A stretch of DNA of 64,000 bases from Armatimonadota bacterium (GTDB lineage Bacteria; Armatimonadota; SYMT01), in contig JBKBRF010000021.1 in NCBI GenBank assembly GCA_046292385.1, forward strand, positions 1 through 64,000, in the 5' to 3' direction. The notes below the pieces were generated by a model. It ran no database searches. It was not told where the DNA came from and was given only the letters and a program-made list of their open reading frames with translations. Made by a program: the position numbers and the translations under genes. Of the stretch, positions 40,713 to 49,788 are shown in pieces (positions within the stretch are counted from its first letter, which is position 1; every line of letters starts with the position of its first letter).

Positions 40713-40980
40713 CGGAGCCCGGAGGCGCTGCCGAAGGCAGAGCCGGAGGGGTTCACTTGCGACCACCCCTGCGAGGGGTGGTCGCTTGAGCCGCCCGGAG
40801 CGGCCCATGAACCGTCGCCTCGCTGCAGGCGCCGCCTGCGGACGCGGAACGGAGCGCGCGGGGAGCACGCCCGCAGCGCCCGCTAGCGCAGGCGCAGCCG
40901 GAGCGTGAAAGGGCCGCGGAGGGCCACCCACGCGGGAGGGCCGCTCCGGGTGGGGAGGGCGCGGGGTGGACCCTCGGCGC
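40713..40980 (+). repeat. structured dispersed element, copy 3
   Basis: Aligns with copies 1 and 4; back-to-back with copy 2. Confidence 0.85.
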
Positions 40981-41070
40981 GATCCTGATCTCGACTGATC
41001 AAGCATTCACCCGCCGTCTTGGGTTTGGTTGCGGCATCAGCCGCGCTGTGGCTGTATTGTGGCACGGAAA

Positions 41071-41421
41071 ATGACGCAGCTAATCACAAACATCGGGATA
41101 GGGTGCTCCTTAGTGCTCATGCTGCTGCTATCGCCAGTTCTGCTCCCACTCATAGCGCTGTCAAACGCGAGGAAAGTGAAGCGGCGACGGGAAACCGCCG
41201 AGCGGACCGCGTGTGCAAGGAGCGGGCAGTTCCTCGGAGACCGGGCGCTACATCTTGCGGACGAGGAGTGGCATCGATACGTCGAAGAGCTTCGGCGCGA
41301 GAAACCCCACGTTCGTCTACGCCTGCAGCGAGGTACTCACGCCATCTGCCCCGGCTGCGGTCAGCGTTATGTCTACCAGGAGGCCGCGCGGCACTTCATA
41401 AGGATCGCGGAGCCTTCCTGA
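41071..41421 (+). CDS. hypothetical membrane-anchored protein with two CxxC/S motifs
   Basis: N-terminal TM segment; CARSG and CPGCG. Confidence 0.6.
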   Translation: MTQLITNIGIGCSLVLMLLLSPVLLPLIALSNARKVKRRRETAERTACARSGQFLGDRALHLADEEWHRYVEELRREKPHVRLRLQRGTHAICPGCGQRYVYQEAARHFIRIAEPS

Positions 41422-41475
41422 GGGCCCCGGGGGGCCTCTCTGCGTCCTCGGCGGTCTCTGCGGTGGAATAAGGAG

Positions 41476-42201
41476 CTATTGGGAGCCGAAGAGCCGCTGA
41501 AAGAGCGACTTCCTCCGCTTCATGGCAAAGATCGGGAGCGTGCCGAAGCGCCGGATCTCCGTAGCCGGTCCGTAGCGACCCCAGGAGAAGCCACTGCCGA
41601 TCTCGCCCGCGCGGAGGTCGAAGATCTCATACGACGGGTCGAGCTGCCGCGCAAACGCCGCCAGCTCCGGATCCGGAGAGGCGAGGCACTCTTCCTGCGG
41701 GAGCACCCCCGGGTTGTGCCGCCACACCTCGCACAGGCGGTCCTCGTGGACGTCGTCAATGGCGCTCGTGAACGGCGGGGTATCCATCTTGAATACCTCC
41801 GTCAGGAAGTGCTCCAGCGAGGGGCTCTGGTGCAGGATCACCGGCGGATCGTGCGAAGCGAAATAGATCGGCGCCCAGTCGCGTGAGTCGGGGAGCAGGT
41901 CGGCCACCCAGAAGTTGCCGAAGCCGTCCGCGCCGATCGGCAGCCCGTGCGGGAAGGCGTCTGTGAACTCCCAGTCGAGCTCGCCGGTGAAGTCGACCGG
42001 CTCCACGGAGGCACCCTCGAAGCCGCGGCAGAACGCGAGCAGCTCCCGGATGTGGGGCGGCAGCGGGCACGGGAGCCGGGAGGCGAACAGCTCGATCTCG
42101 GCGTCGGTGAGGCCGGGAAGCAGCTCGATCCGCACCGGGTCGCCGTCCTCCGACTGCAGCGGCCGGCGGAGGGCGTCCTGAATGATCTCGACGGGTGTCA
42201 T
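41476..42201 (-). CDS. SMI1/KNR4 family protein
   Basis: GLTDAEI...LPCPLPPHIRELL, IGADGFGNFW, HDPP. Confidence 0.85.
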   Translation of the reverse strand: MTPVEIIQDALRRPLQSEDGDPVRIELLPGLTDAEIELFASRLPCPLPPHIRELLAFCRGFEGASVEPVDFTGELDWEFTDAFPHGLPIGADGFGNFWVADLLPDSRDWAPIYFASHDPPVILHQSPSLEHFLTEVFKMDTPPFTSAIDDVHEDRLCEVWRHNPGVLPQEECLASPDPELAAFARQLDPSYEIFDLRAGEIGSGFSWGRYGPATEIRRFGTLPIFAMKRRKSLFQRLFGSQ

Positions 42202-42376
42202 CGGGTGGATGTGGTTGATCGCGAGCTCTCCGGCAGAGCGTCCTGCCGCGGAATAGGTTCCACTCCGCGTCCTCTGCGTCCTCGGCGGTGAATTCCCGAA
42301 CAGGAACCCGCGCCGGGGTGCGCGAACTCTAAAGCCGTGGGGCGCACCGATGCGCGGCGCCCCGGGGAGCCAAACG

Positions 42377-43549
42377 ATGGACGCATTCCGGTTCAACCGC
42401 AGAGAGCTCTTGAAAGGCGCGGGCGCGCTTGCCGGGGCCGCCGCGTTCGGCAGCTTCGGGGCGGAGCGGCTCCTCGCCGCGCCGAAAGCCCCCACCTCTC
42501 CCGTTTCGATCGCGCGGTGCGCCACGTACGACCTCGCGACGGTGACCCGCCACCTGGAGACGATCTTCGACCAGCTCGGCGGCATCAAGAAGCAGGTCGC
42601 CGGGAAGACGGTCGTCGTCAAGGTGAACCTCACCGGCAGCCCGGAGGGGAAGGTCGACGGCCTCCCCGCCAATCGCACCTACCAGACCCACCCGAACACC
42701 GCGCTGGCGACGGCGATGCTGCTCGACCGCGCCGGGGCCCGCCGCATCCGCTTCGTGGAGTGCACCTACCAGCACGGCAGCATGGAAGAGTTCTTCCGCT
42801 CCGGCGGCTGGGATCTCCAGGCGCTGGCGGCGCTCAAGGCCGAAGTCGACTACGAGAACACCAGGAACCTGGGCAAGGGCAAGAGCTACACCCGCGTGAA
42901 GGTGCCGTGGGGCGGGTCGCTATTCCCCTCCTACGAGCTGAACCACTCGTACGTCGACTGCGACTATTACATCTCCCTCGCCAAGCTGAAGAACCACGCC
43001 AACGCGGGCGTGACCCTGGCGGTGAAGAACAACTTCGGCGTTACGCCGACGGCGCTCTACGGCCAGGCGGAGCACGACGAGAACACCACCAACGCGCGCG
43101 TGGCGATGTTCCACGAGGGCAAGATCAACCCGCCGGCCGGGGTGCCGCGAGAGCTGGACCCGACCAGCCCGCGGAAGCCGACTTACCGCGTGCCGCGGCA
43201 TACGGTCGACTCGCTCGGTATCCGGCCGATCGACCTGGCGCTCATCGATGGAGTGGAGACCGCTTCCGGCGGCGAAGGCCCGTGGGTCGGCAAGCTGACC
43301 CCGCGGAAGTCGCACGTGCTGATCGGCGGACGCAACGCGGTCTGCACCGACGCGATCGCCACCGCGGTGATGGGCTACGATCCGCTGGCGAAGTCCGGCA
43401 CCGGCCCGTTCCCGGGCGACAACCACCTGACGATGGCGATGGAGCTCGGGCTCGGCACGTGCAACCCGAAGCAGATCGAGGTGCGCGGTCTCGCGCTGAA
43501 GCAGGCGGTCCATCCGTTCGAGTGGGAGCCGGCGGAGCGCCACTTCTGA
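42377..43549 (+). CDS. Tat-exported DUF362 domain protein
   Basis: NRRELLK; VKVNL, KLKNH...GVTLAVKN, D-A motif. Confidence 0.9.
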   Translation: MDAFRFNRRELLKGAGALAGAAAFGSFGAERLLAAPKAPTSPVSIARCATYDLATVTRHLETIFDQLGGIKKQVAGKTVVVKVNLTGSPEGKVDGLPANRTYQTHPNTALATAMLLDRAGARRIRFVECTYQHGSMEEFFRSGGWDLQALAALKAEVDYENTRNLGKGKSYTRVKVPWGGSLFPSYELNHSYVDCDYYISLAKLKNHANAGVTLAVKNNFGVTPTALYGQAEHDENTTNARVAMFHEGKINPPAGVPRELDPTSPRKPTYRVPRHTVDSLGIRPIDLALIDGVETASGGEGPWVGKLTPRKSHVLIGGRNAVCTDAIATAVMGYDPLAKSGTGPFPGDNHLTMAMELGLGTCNPKQIEVRGLALKQAVHPFEWEPAERHF

Positions 43550-43581
43550 CGCGCCGGAAGGTAACCAGCGACTTCATAAGG

Positions 43582-43613
43582 GCGGGTGCCGTGTCCTCGG
43601 CACCCGCTTTTCC
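43582..43613 (+). terminator. intrinsic terminator
   Basis: GCGGGTGCCG/CGGCACCCGC followed by TTTT. Confidence 0.75.
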
Positions 43614-43639
43614 GTTCATAGCCCCGAGGATGATCGAAC

Positions 43640-43918
43640 ATGCTTGCGTTTGTCGACTTCGTGCCGCGGCAGGTGCGCGCGCCGCGCCTCAGCTTCTCGC
43701 TGTCCGACATGCAGGGACAGTGCGAGACGTTCGAGGCTGCGCTCCAAGCCGCGAATCCCTGGCTCCGGCGGGCGAACGCCCGCGTGGTGAACGTGGAGAC
43801 GGTGGTGCTGCCGAACCTCTGGGCGCCGGGCGAGCAGGGCAGCACCGATCCCGTCATCGCGACCGCCGAGCACGCCAGCTTCCACCAGTTCATCCGCGTC
43901 TGGTATCACGCCGAATAG
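43640..43918 (+). CDS. small hypothetical protein
   Basis: VVNVETVVLPN...QFIRVWY; GAGG RBS. Confidence 0.75.
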   Translation: MLAFVDFVPRQVRAPRLSFSLSDMQGQCETFEAALQAANPWLRRANARVVNVETVVLPNLWAPGEQGSTDPVIATAEHASFHQFIRVWYHAE

Positions 43919-44152
43919 TCTTTCCGCCAGCGGCGGGACTTCGCTGTTCCAGGTTGGCAAGTTGGCAGGTTGCAGGTTAATTCCCCGCGTAGCCCGGCTC
44001 GGGAGCCTGTGAGCCTGCGGACCTGGAGCCCGCCAACTCGCTTCCGGCAGCAGCTACTCAGAACGTTTCCCCACTTAACTCTCCTGGCATGTCCCTTAGG
44101 GAGGCCCCTCGCGGGCGACCGCGGGGGCCCCGGAACACGTCGGGAGGGAGAC

Positions 44153-44560
44153 ATGAGACAGATCATGAGAATTGCCGGTGCGCTGGCGTTGGCCGGCGGC
44201 CTGGTACTGCCGGTCGGCGCGCAGGAGACGACGGAACACCTGCCGTCGGTGGAGATCAACGGTCAGCGGGTGCTCACGATTCGGGTCGGCGCGGGCGGCC
44301 TGACACCGGAGGAACGGGCGGACGTCGTGCGCCAGCGGTTGGGGCCGATCTTGACGATGCCGGACCTCAAGGCGGAGGACATCTGGATCAAGCAGGAGCG
44401 GCGAGGGCAGACCGCCGCGATCTACGTGCGGGACCGATTGTTGATCACGGTGGACCGCAGCCTGGCGAAGGCGAACGACACGATGCCGCTGCCGCTGGCG
44501 CGGATCTGGGCCAACAACCTTCGCGAGACACTGCCCGAGATCGACGTCACGGTCCGGTAG
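44153..44560 (+). CDS. secreted hypothetical protein
   Basis: Signal peptide; GGAG RBS; ERA...LA.IWA..L pattern. Confidence 0.8.
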   Translation: MRQIMRIAGALALAGGLVLPVGAQETTEHLPSVEINGQRVLTIRVGAGGLTPEERADVVRQRLGPILTMPDLKAEDIWIKQERRGQTAAIYVRDRLLITVDRSLAKANDTMPLPLARIWANNLRETLPEIDVTVR

Positions 44561-44569
44561 CTGAGCGCT

Positions 44570-44610
44570 GAACAGCGGGCCGGAGGATTTTACCCTCCGG
44601 CCCGCTGTTC
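44570..44610. terminator. bidirectional terminator hairpin
   Basis: GAACAGCGGGCCGGAGG/CCTCCGGCCCGCTGTTC between convergent genes. Confidence 0.8.
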
Positions 44611-44628
44611 TTGCGGGAGAGCCTATCC

Positions 44629-47421
44629 CTATCCCGCGAAGAGCTTCAGCCGCCGCTCCAGCTTTTCGCGCCGCTCCAGCAGCTCGTCGCGCTGGGCGCG
44701 GGCCTTCTCCACCACCTCCGCGGGAGCGCGGCTGACGAAGCTCTCGTTGGAGAGCCGCCCGTCGATCCCGGCGAGGTCCTTCGTGATGGCGGCGAGCTCC
44801 TTGTTCAGGCGCGCCGTCTCCGCCGCGGGGTCGACCAGCCCCGCCATCGCTACGGAGATCTCCATCCCCGCCGCCAGCGCGGTCGAGCTGGGCCCCTCCG
44901 GCTTCTCCCGAGTCACCCGGCAGCGGGCGCTCTGCTCCACGTACGGGATCTCCAGCTTACCGTCACCCAGGATCGAGACGTCGACCGTCCGCTGCTGCGC
45001 GTTCAACTCCGCCTTGAGATTGCGGATGGCACGGGTCACCTCCATCACCGTTTCCATCCGGGCCTCCGCGTCGGCGCTCCGCAGTTCCGCCAGGGCGCCC
45101 GGGTACTGCGCGCGGATCAGGGCCGCGCCTTCGGTCGCGCCGGGGAGCGACTGCCAGATTTCCTCCGTGATGAACGGCACGAACGGATGCGCCAGCCGCA
45201 GCGAGGCCTCCAGCACTGCCACCAGCATCTCCCGGATCAGCGACGGGTCTTCGCTGCGCAGGCGCGGCTTCGCCAGCTCCACGTACCAGTCCGCGAACTC
45301 GTCCCACAGGAAGTGGTAGAGCGTCCACGACGCCTCCCCCAGGGCGTACCGGTCGAGCGCGTCGTTCACCGCGGCGGAGGCGGCGGCGAAGCGGGAGAGG
45401 ATCCAGCGGTCCGAAAGCTCCAGCTCCTGCCGCGCCGCCAGCTCCTCCAGGGAGCGGCGCGCCACCTCCGCGCCTTCCACGTTCATCAGGACGAACCGGC
45501 TGATGTTCCAGAGCTTGTTGCAGAAGAAGCGCATCTGCTCGATCTGCTCCGCCCGCGCCAGCCGGTCGTCCGGGCCGGTCGCCGTCTTGCCGCCCGACTC
45601 CCACTGCATCTTGAAGCGGATGTCCTGGCTCTCGCTCACCAGGCTGGTGAGGCCGAAGCGGGTGGCGTCCGCCCCGTACAGCCGGATCAGCTCCAGCGGG
45701 TCCACGCCGGTGCCGAGGGACTTGCTCATCCGCTTGCCGTCTTCGGTCATCACGGTGGCGTGTACCAGGACCTCGTGGAACGGTACCTCCCCGAGGAACT
45801 CCTCGCCGGTCATGATCATCCGTGCCACCCAGAGGTAGAGGATGTCCCGGCCGGTGATCATCAGGTCGGTCGGGTAGAACGCCGCCAGGTCATCCGTCCG
45901 CTCCGGCCAGCCCAGCGTGGCGTGGGGCCAGAGGGCGCTGCTGAACCAGGTATCCAGCACGTCCGGGTCCTGCTCCAGCTCGCTGCCGCCGCAGCGCGGG
46001 CACTGCGACGGCGGCTCCACCGAGGCGATCGGCTGCGCGCTCTCCCCCACCTGCAGCTCGCCGGAGGGACCGCGGCTCACCGCATCGTCGCACGCCAGGC
46101 AGTAGAAGAGCGGAATGCGGTGTCCCCACCAGAGCTGGCGGGAGACGCACCAGGGGCGGATGTTCTCCAGCCACTCCGTCTCCATCTGCCGAAACCGCTC
46201 CGGCGTGAAGGTCACCCGGTTCGCGCGGATCGCCGCCAGCGCCTTCGCCGCCAGCTCGTCGCAGCGGGCCCACCACTGCAGCTTGAGCAGCGGCTCCACC
46301 ACCGTGCCGCACTTGTCGTGGTGGCCCACCGAATGGGTGTAGTCCTCCACCTTCACCAGCAGGCCCTGCGCCTCCAGGTCCGCCACCACCCGCTTGCGGG
46401 CTTCCTTCCGCGGCAGCCCCGCGTAGGCGCCGGCCGCCCCGGTGGTCGTTCCCGCGTCGTCCAGCACGGTGATCGCCGGGAGCAGCTCCGGGTGGCGCTG
46501 GGCAATGTCCCAGTCGTTGGGGTCGTGCGCCGGGGTCACTTTCACGGCGCCGGTGCCGAACTCCGCGCTCACGTGGTGATCCGCCACCACCGGGATCTCC
46601 CGGTCCACCAGCGGCAGCCGCAGCGTCTTGCCCACCAGGCCGGCGTAGCGGGGGTCGGACGGGTTCACCGCCACCCCCGTGTCACCGAGCATCGTCTCCG
46701 GGCGGGTGGTCGCCACCACCAGCCCCTCGCCGCCGTCCGCCGCGGGGTAGCGGAGGTGCCACAGGTGCGACGGCACCTCCTTGTACTCCATCTCCAGCTC
46801 GGAGAGGGTGGTGCGGCACTGCGGGCACCAGTTCACGATCCGCTCCGCGCGGTAGATCCAGCCGCGCTCGTAGAAGCCGACGAACGCGCTCAGCACTGCG
46901 CGGGCGTAGCCGCTGCGGGTGTAGAGCTTCCGGAGCGCCCAATCGGCGGTCTGCGGCCCCTCCTCCACGAACTCGTCCAGCGTAAAGCGGGTGCGGGTCC
47001 AGTCGTAGGAGCAGCCGAGCGCCTTGAGCTGGCCCAGGATGGTGCCGCCGTACTTGAGCGTCCACTCCCGCGCGCGCTGGAGGAAGCCCTCGCGGCCGAG
47101 GGTCCAGCGGTCGAGCCCCTCCGCGCGGATCATCTGCTCCACCTTCATGTTGGTGGCGATGCCGGCGTGGTCGGTGCCGGGCACGCAGAGGGTGTTGAAG
47201 CCCTGCATCCGCTTGCGGCGGATCACCAGGTCGTGGATCGCGTGCTGCAGCGCGTGGCCCATGTGCAGCTCGCCGGTTACGTTCGGCGGCGGGATGGTGA
47301 CGCAGAACGACGGCGCCTCCGACTTCCCGGCAGGGGTAAAGTCGCCGCGCTCCAGCCAGAACTGGTAGAGACGCGCCTCCACGTCGGTAGGATCGTATGC
47401 CTTCGAAAGCTCGCGTGCCAT
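44629..47421 (-). CDS. valS: valine--tRNA ligase
   Basis: PPPNVTGELHMGH, WCVSRQLWWGHRIP, DVLDTWFSS, RMSKS, C-terminal coiled coil. Confidence 0.98.
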   Translation of the reverse strand: MARELSKAYDPTDVEARLYQFWLERGDFTPAGKSEAPSFCVTIPPPNVTGELHMGHALQHAIHDLVIRRKRMQGFNTLCVPGTDHAGIATNMKVEQMIRAEGLDRWTLGREGFLQRAREWTLKYGGTILGQLKALGCSYDWTRTRFTLDEFVEEGPQTADWALRKLYTRSGYARAVLSAFVGFYERGWIYRAERIVNWCPQCRTTLSELEMEYKEVPSHLWHLRYPAADGGEGLVVATTRPETMLGDTGVAVNPSDPRYAGLVGKTLRLPLVDREIPVVADHHVSAEFGTGAVKVTPAHDPNDWDIAQRHPELLPAITVLDDAGTTTGAAGAYAGLPRKEARKRVVADLEAQGLLVKVEDYTHSVGHHDKCGTVVEPLLKLQWWARCDELAAKALAAIRANRVTFTPERFRQMETEWLENIRPWCVSRQLWWGHRIPLFYCLACDDAVSRGPSGELQVGESAQPIASVEPPSQCPRCGGSELEQDPDVLDTWFSSALWPHATLGWPERTDDLAAFYPTDLMITGRDILYLWVARMIMTGEEFLGEVPFHEVLVHATVMTEDGKRMSKSLGTGVDPLELIRLYGADATRFGLTSLVSESQDIRFKMQWESGGKTATGPDDRLARAEQIEQMRFFCNKLWNISRFVLMNVEGAEVARRSLEELAARQELELSDRWILSRFAAASAAVNDALDRYALGEASWTLYHFLWDEFADWYVELAKPRLRSEDPSLIREMLVAVLEASLRLAHPFVPFITEEIWQSLPGATEGAALIRAQYPGALAELRSADAEARMETVMEVTRAIRNLKAELNAQQRTVDVSILGDGKLEIPYVEQSARCRVTREKPEGPSSTALAAGMEISVAMAGLVDPAAETARLNKELAAITKDLAGIDGRLSNESFVSRAPAEVVEKARAQRDELLERREKLERRLKLFAG

Positions 47422-47454
47422 TGCCTCACTCCGCCGCGCCCAACCGGCGCCAGA

Positions 47455-47700
47455 AAACAAAAAGCTCCCTCGTCCCCGAAGGACGAGAGAGTCACTTCTC
47501 CCGCGGTACCACCTTCATTCCCCCGCGGCCGGCGCGAGGGCTCTCTTGCGCGATGACGGGCGCACCCGGTCCCGCACGGGACCCGGCTCCGGGGCGACGT
47601 TCGGCGCCGGCACGCGAGGAGCGCTCTCAGCCGGTGACGCTCCCTCTCTGGCGCTGCCCCCGCGGAACCCGCGGACGCCTACTCTTCCCCATCACAGCCG
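47455..47700 (-). ncRNA. T-box riboswitch leader (Val, GUC specifier)
   Basis: Stem I GA/AGAGA/GCTGAGA motifs; probable specifier GTC at 47598-47596; T-box AAGGTGGTACCGCG at 47515-47502; terminator with U tract. Confidence 0.93.
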
Positions 47701-47719
47701 GAAAACCAGTTGTGGCGGA

Positions 47720-47748
47720 ATGATAACACGAGGTCCGGACGTCGGCAA
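47720..47748 (-). promoter_or_regulatory. valS promoter
   Basis: TTGCCG-17 bp-TATCAT. Confidence 0.6.
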
Positions 47749-48086
47749 CCGTGCCGCGCGGATGCGGTGACACCGGTCCGGAACGAGTACCCCTGAAGGA
47801 GCACCTTGTTCGTGTAGCAGCCCGCTGATGAAGGTCAGCTAGATAGCTGGGAAGCCAGGCGGAGCATCCGTCGGGCCGCGAGGCATTGGAATACCTCGCT
47901 AGAAGGCCTGCGGCCACGCGTCCTCCGGACGCCCGAGCTACGCCCATCTGAGCCCCCGCAGGGGGGTCCCCCGTCCGGGGCCTAAAACTTCGTGCTGTGG
48001 TTGCCGCGGATTCAACCGCCCGGCATATGGCTTCGAAGCCAGGACCGGAGAGTGAGCTGCGGGACTCAGTCTCCGGTCTACGGCCA

Positions 48087-49550
48087 CTACCGAATACCGG
48101 TGCCGGCCAGCACCCGAACGGTGTACTTGATCTTGCCCTTCTTCTTCAGCTTCTTGAAGCGCAGGGTCGTCTTCGCCGTCTCACCCGCGGCGAGCACCCC
48201 GTCCGACCCGACGTTCAGGTCGAGGTACGGGCTGCCGGCCGGGAGCGTCTCAGTCGTGCTGCCGCTGGCGTTGACCAGGGTATCAACTGGGCTCAGCTCG
48301 TCCAGCACCAGGGAGACGGGGCCGGTGATCGGCTGCTTGGAGACGTTCTTCACGGACACCTTCTGGAGGTACTGCTTCTTCTTGGGCGAGTACTTGAAGC
48401 CGCTGGTCTTCACCTTGACCCGCTTCGTGACGTCCTCCACCTGGACCGGCGCGTTGGCCGGGTTCGCGCGGGCGATCACCTGCACGCCGCCGGCGAGGGT
48501 CGCCTTGAAGGCGATCTGGCCCTGGTCGTTGATTCCCTCGCGGCTCAGCTCCACCGTCTGGACCGTTCCGCCCAGCAGCGTATCGCCGGTCGCGATCACC
48601 TTGTCCGCCACCGGGTCCGGTCCGGTGAAGATGCCCCAGCCGGACGGCACCTTCGCCAGGAACGCCACCGTCCCGTTCGCGATCGTCACCGCCTGAAAGT
48701 TGCTGTAGCCGTGGTCGGTGCTGGCGATCAAGGTCTGGTTCTTGTAGACCTCCTGCCTTCCGCCTTCCAGATAGCCGATATAGGCGACGTCCCCGTCATT
48801 CGCGGGGCTGTCGTGGAAGCCGATGAAGCGGTCGGTCGTGTCCGCGATGCGGCTGACCGCGCCGTTCGAGTAGGAGACGATGGCGCTCGGGCCGGCGCGG
48901 CCGTCGACCCGGTAGGTGGCGTAGAAGGCCGCGGAGAAGCCGAGGGCGGTCGGATTGTTCGGGTCCCCCTCGAAGTTCAGGTCCGGGTCCCTCACGTAGA
49001 TGAACTGGCTGTCGTCCTCCGTGCTGACCGCCGGGCTTCCGGGCACGCCGCCGTTCAGATCGGTGAGGAAGATCCCGCTCGCCCGTCCGGTGCCACCGGC
49101 GAGGTAGGCCACCACGCCGCCCTCGACCGACGGCTTGTTCGGCGAGAGCCCCTGCCGAACATCGAAAACCGTGCCGCCGCTGCTGGTGTAGAGCCCGATG
49201 AACGACTGCGGCGGATCGACGTTGGGGTTCCAGCGGGAGCCGATGAAGACGACCTGTCCGGAGCTGGTGAGGTCGAACTCCTGGGAGATGGAGGTGAACG
49301 GACCGGTGGGGGAGCTGGTCACCAGCGCTTCCGGATCGTCCCCACTCCCGCGGAAGATCCCCGAGCCGCCCCCGACGATGCGGGCCCAGTAGGCCACCTG
49401 CCCCGAGGCATTGATCGCCGGACGGCTGAGGGAGTCGACCTCCGTGCGGGTGTCCTTGATGATCGTGAAAGTGTAATTGGCGGCGCGTGCCGGCAGCGCG
49501 GCGAAGAGCCCTCCCACCAGGAGAAGGCCCAAGAGCAAACGATACTTCAA
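48087..49550 (-). CDS. secreted protein with NxxGxxAF-type tandem repeats and a Lys-rich C-terminal domain
   Basis: Signal peptide; INASGQVAY, NDGDVAY, INDQGQIAF. Confidence 0.8.
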   Translation of the reverse strand: MKYRLLLGLLLVGGLFAALPARAANYTFTIIKDTRTEVDSLSRPAINASGQVAYWARIVGGGSGIFRGSGDDPEALVTSSPTGPFTSISQEFDLTSSGQVVFIGSRWNPNVDPPQSFIGLYTSSGGTVFDVRQGLSPNKPSVEGGVVAYLAGGTGRASGIFLTDLNGGVPGSPAVSTEDDSQFIYVRDPDLNFEGDPNNPTALGFSAAFYATYRVDGRAGPSAIVSYSNGAVSRIADTTDRFIGFHDSPANDGDVAYIGYLEGGRQEVYKNQTLIASTDHGYSNFQAVTIANGTVAFLAKVPSGWGIFTGPDPVADKVIATGDTLLGGTVQTVELSREGINDQGQIAFKATLAGGVQVIARANPANAPVQVEDVTKRVKVKTSGFKYSPKKKQYLQKVSVKNVSKQPITGPVSLVLDELSPVDTLVNASGSTTETLPAGSPYLDLNVGSDGVLAAGETAKTTLRFKKLKKKGKIKYTVRVLAGTGIR

Positions 49551-49788
49551 AACTACTCCTCGTGCGCCCGTCGGGCGCTAGCGTATCACGTCCCCCGCGG
49601 ACTTCCGACGTCCGGGAGAAGCCGAGTCAGTTCGTCGGCAGGCAGCGGCCCGCAAAGCAGTCGCGCGGGGAGGTAGCTCCAGGCGGTTTGCCCAGGCAGC
49701 GAGCTAGCGCCGTTGCAGGGGGAGTGTAGCACCCAACCAGGCAGCCGCCTGTGAACCAAGCCACAGGGCCGCGCCCAGGCAGGGACCG

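Noticed and set aside
44611..47556. Long antisense ORFs (e.g. 981 aa opposite valS, and those opposite the RND, MFS and DUF2961 genes)
   Set aside because: Shadow ORFs expected from high-GC codon bias; no protein motifs.
47820..47860. CTGATGA as a hammerhead ribozyme core
   Set aside because: The following stem is closed by GAAG rather than GAAA, and stems I and III could not be formed convincingly.
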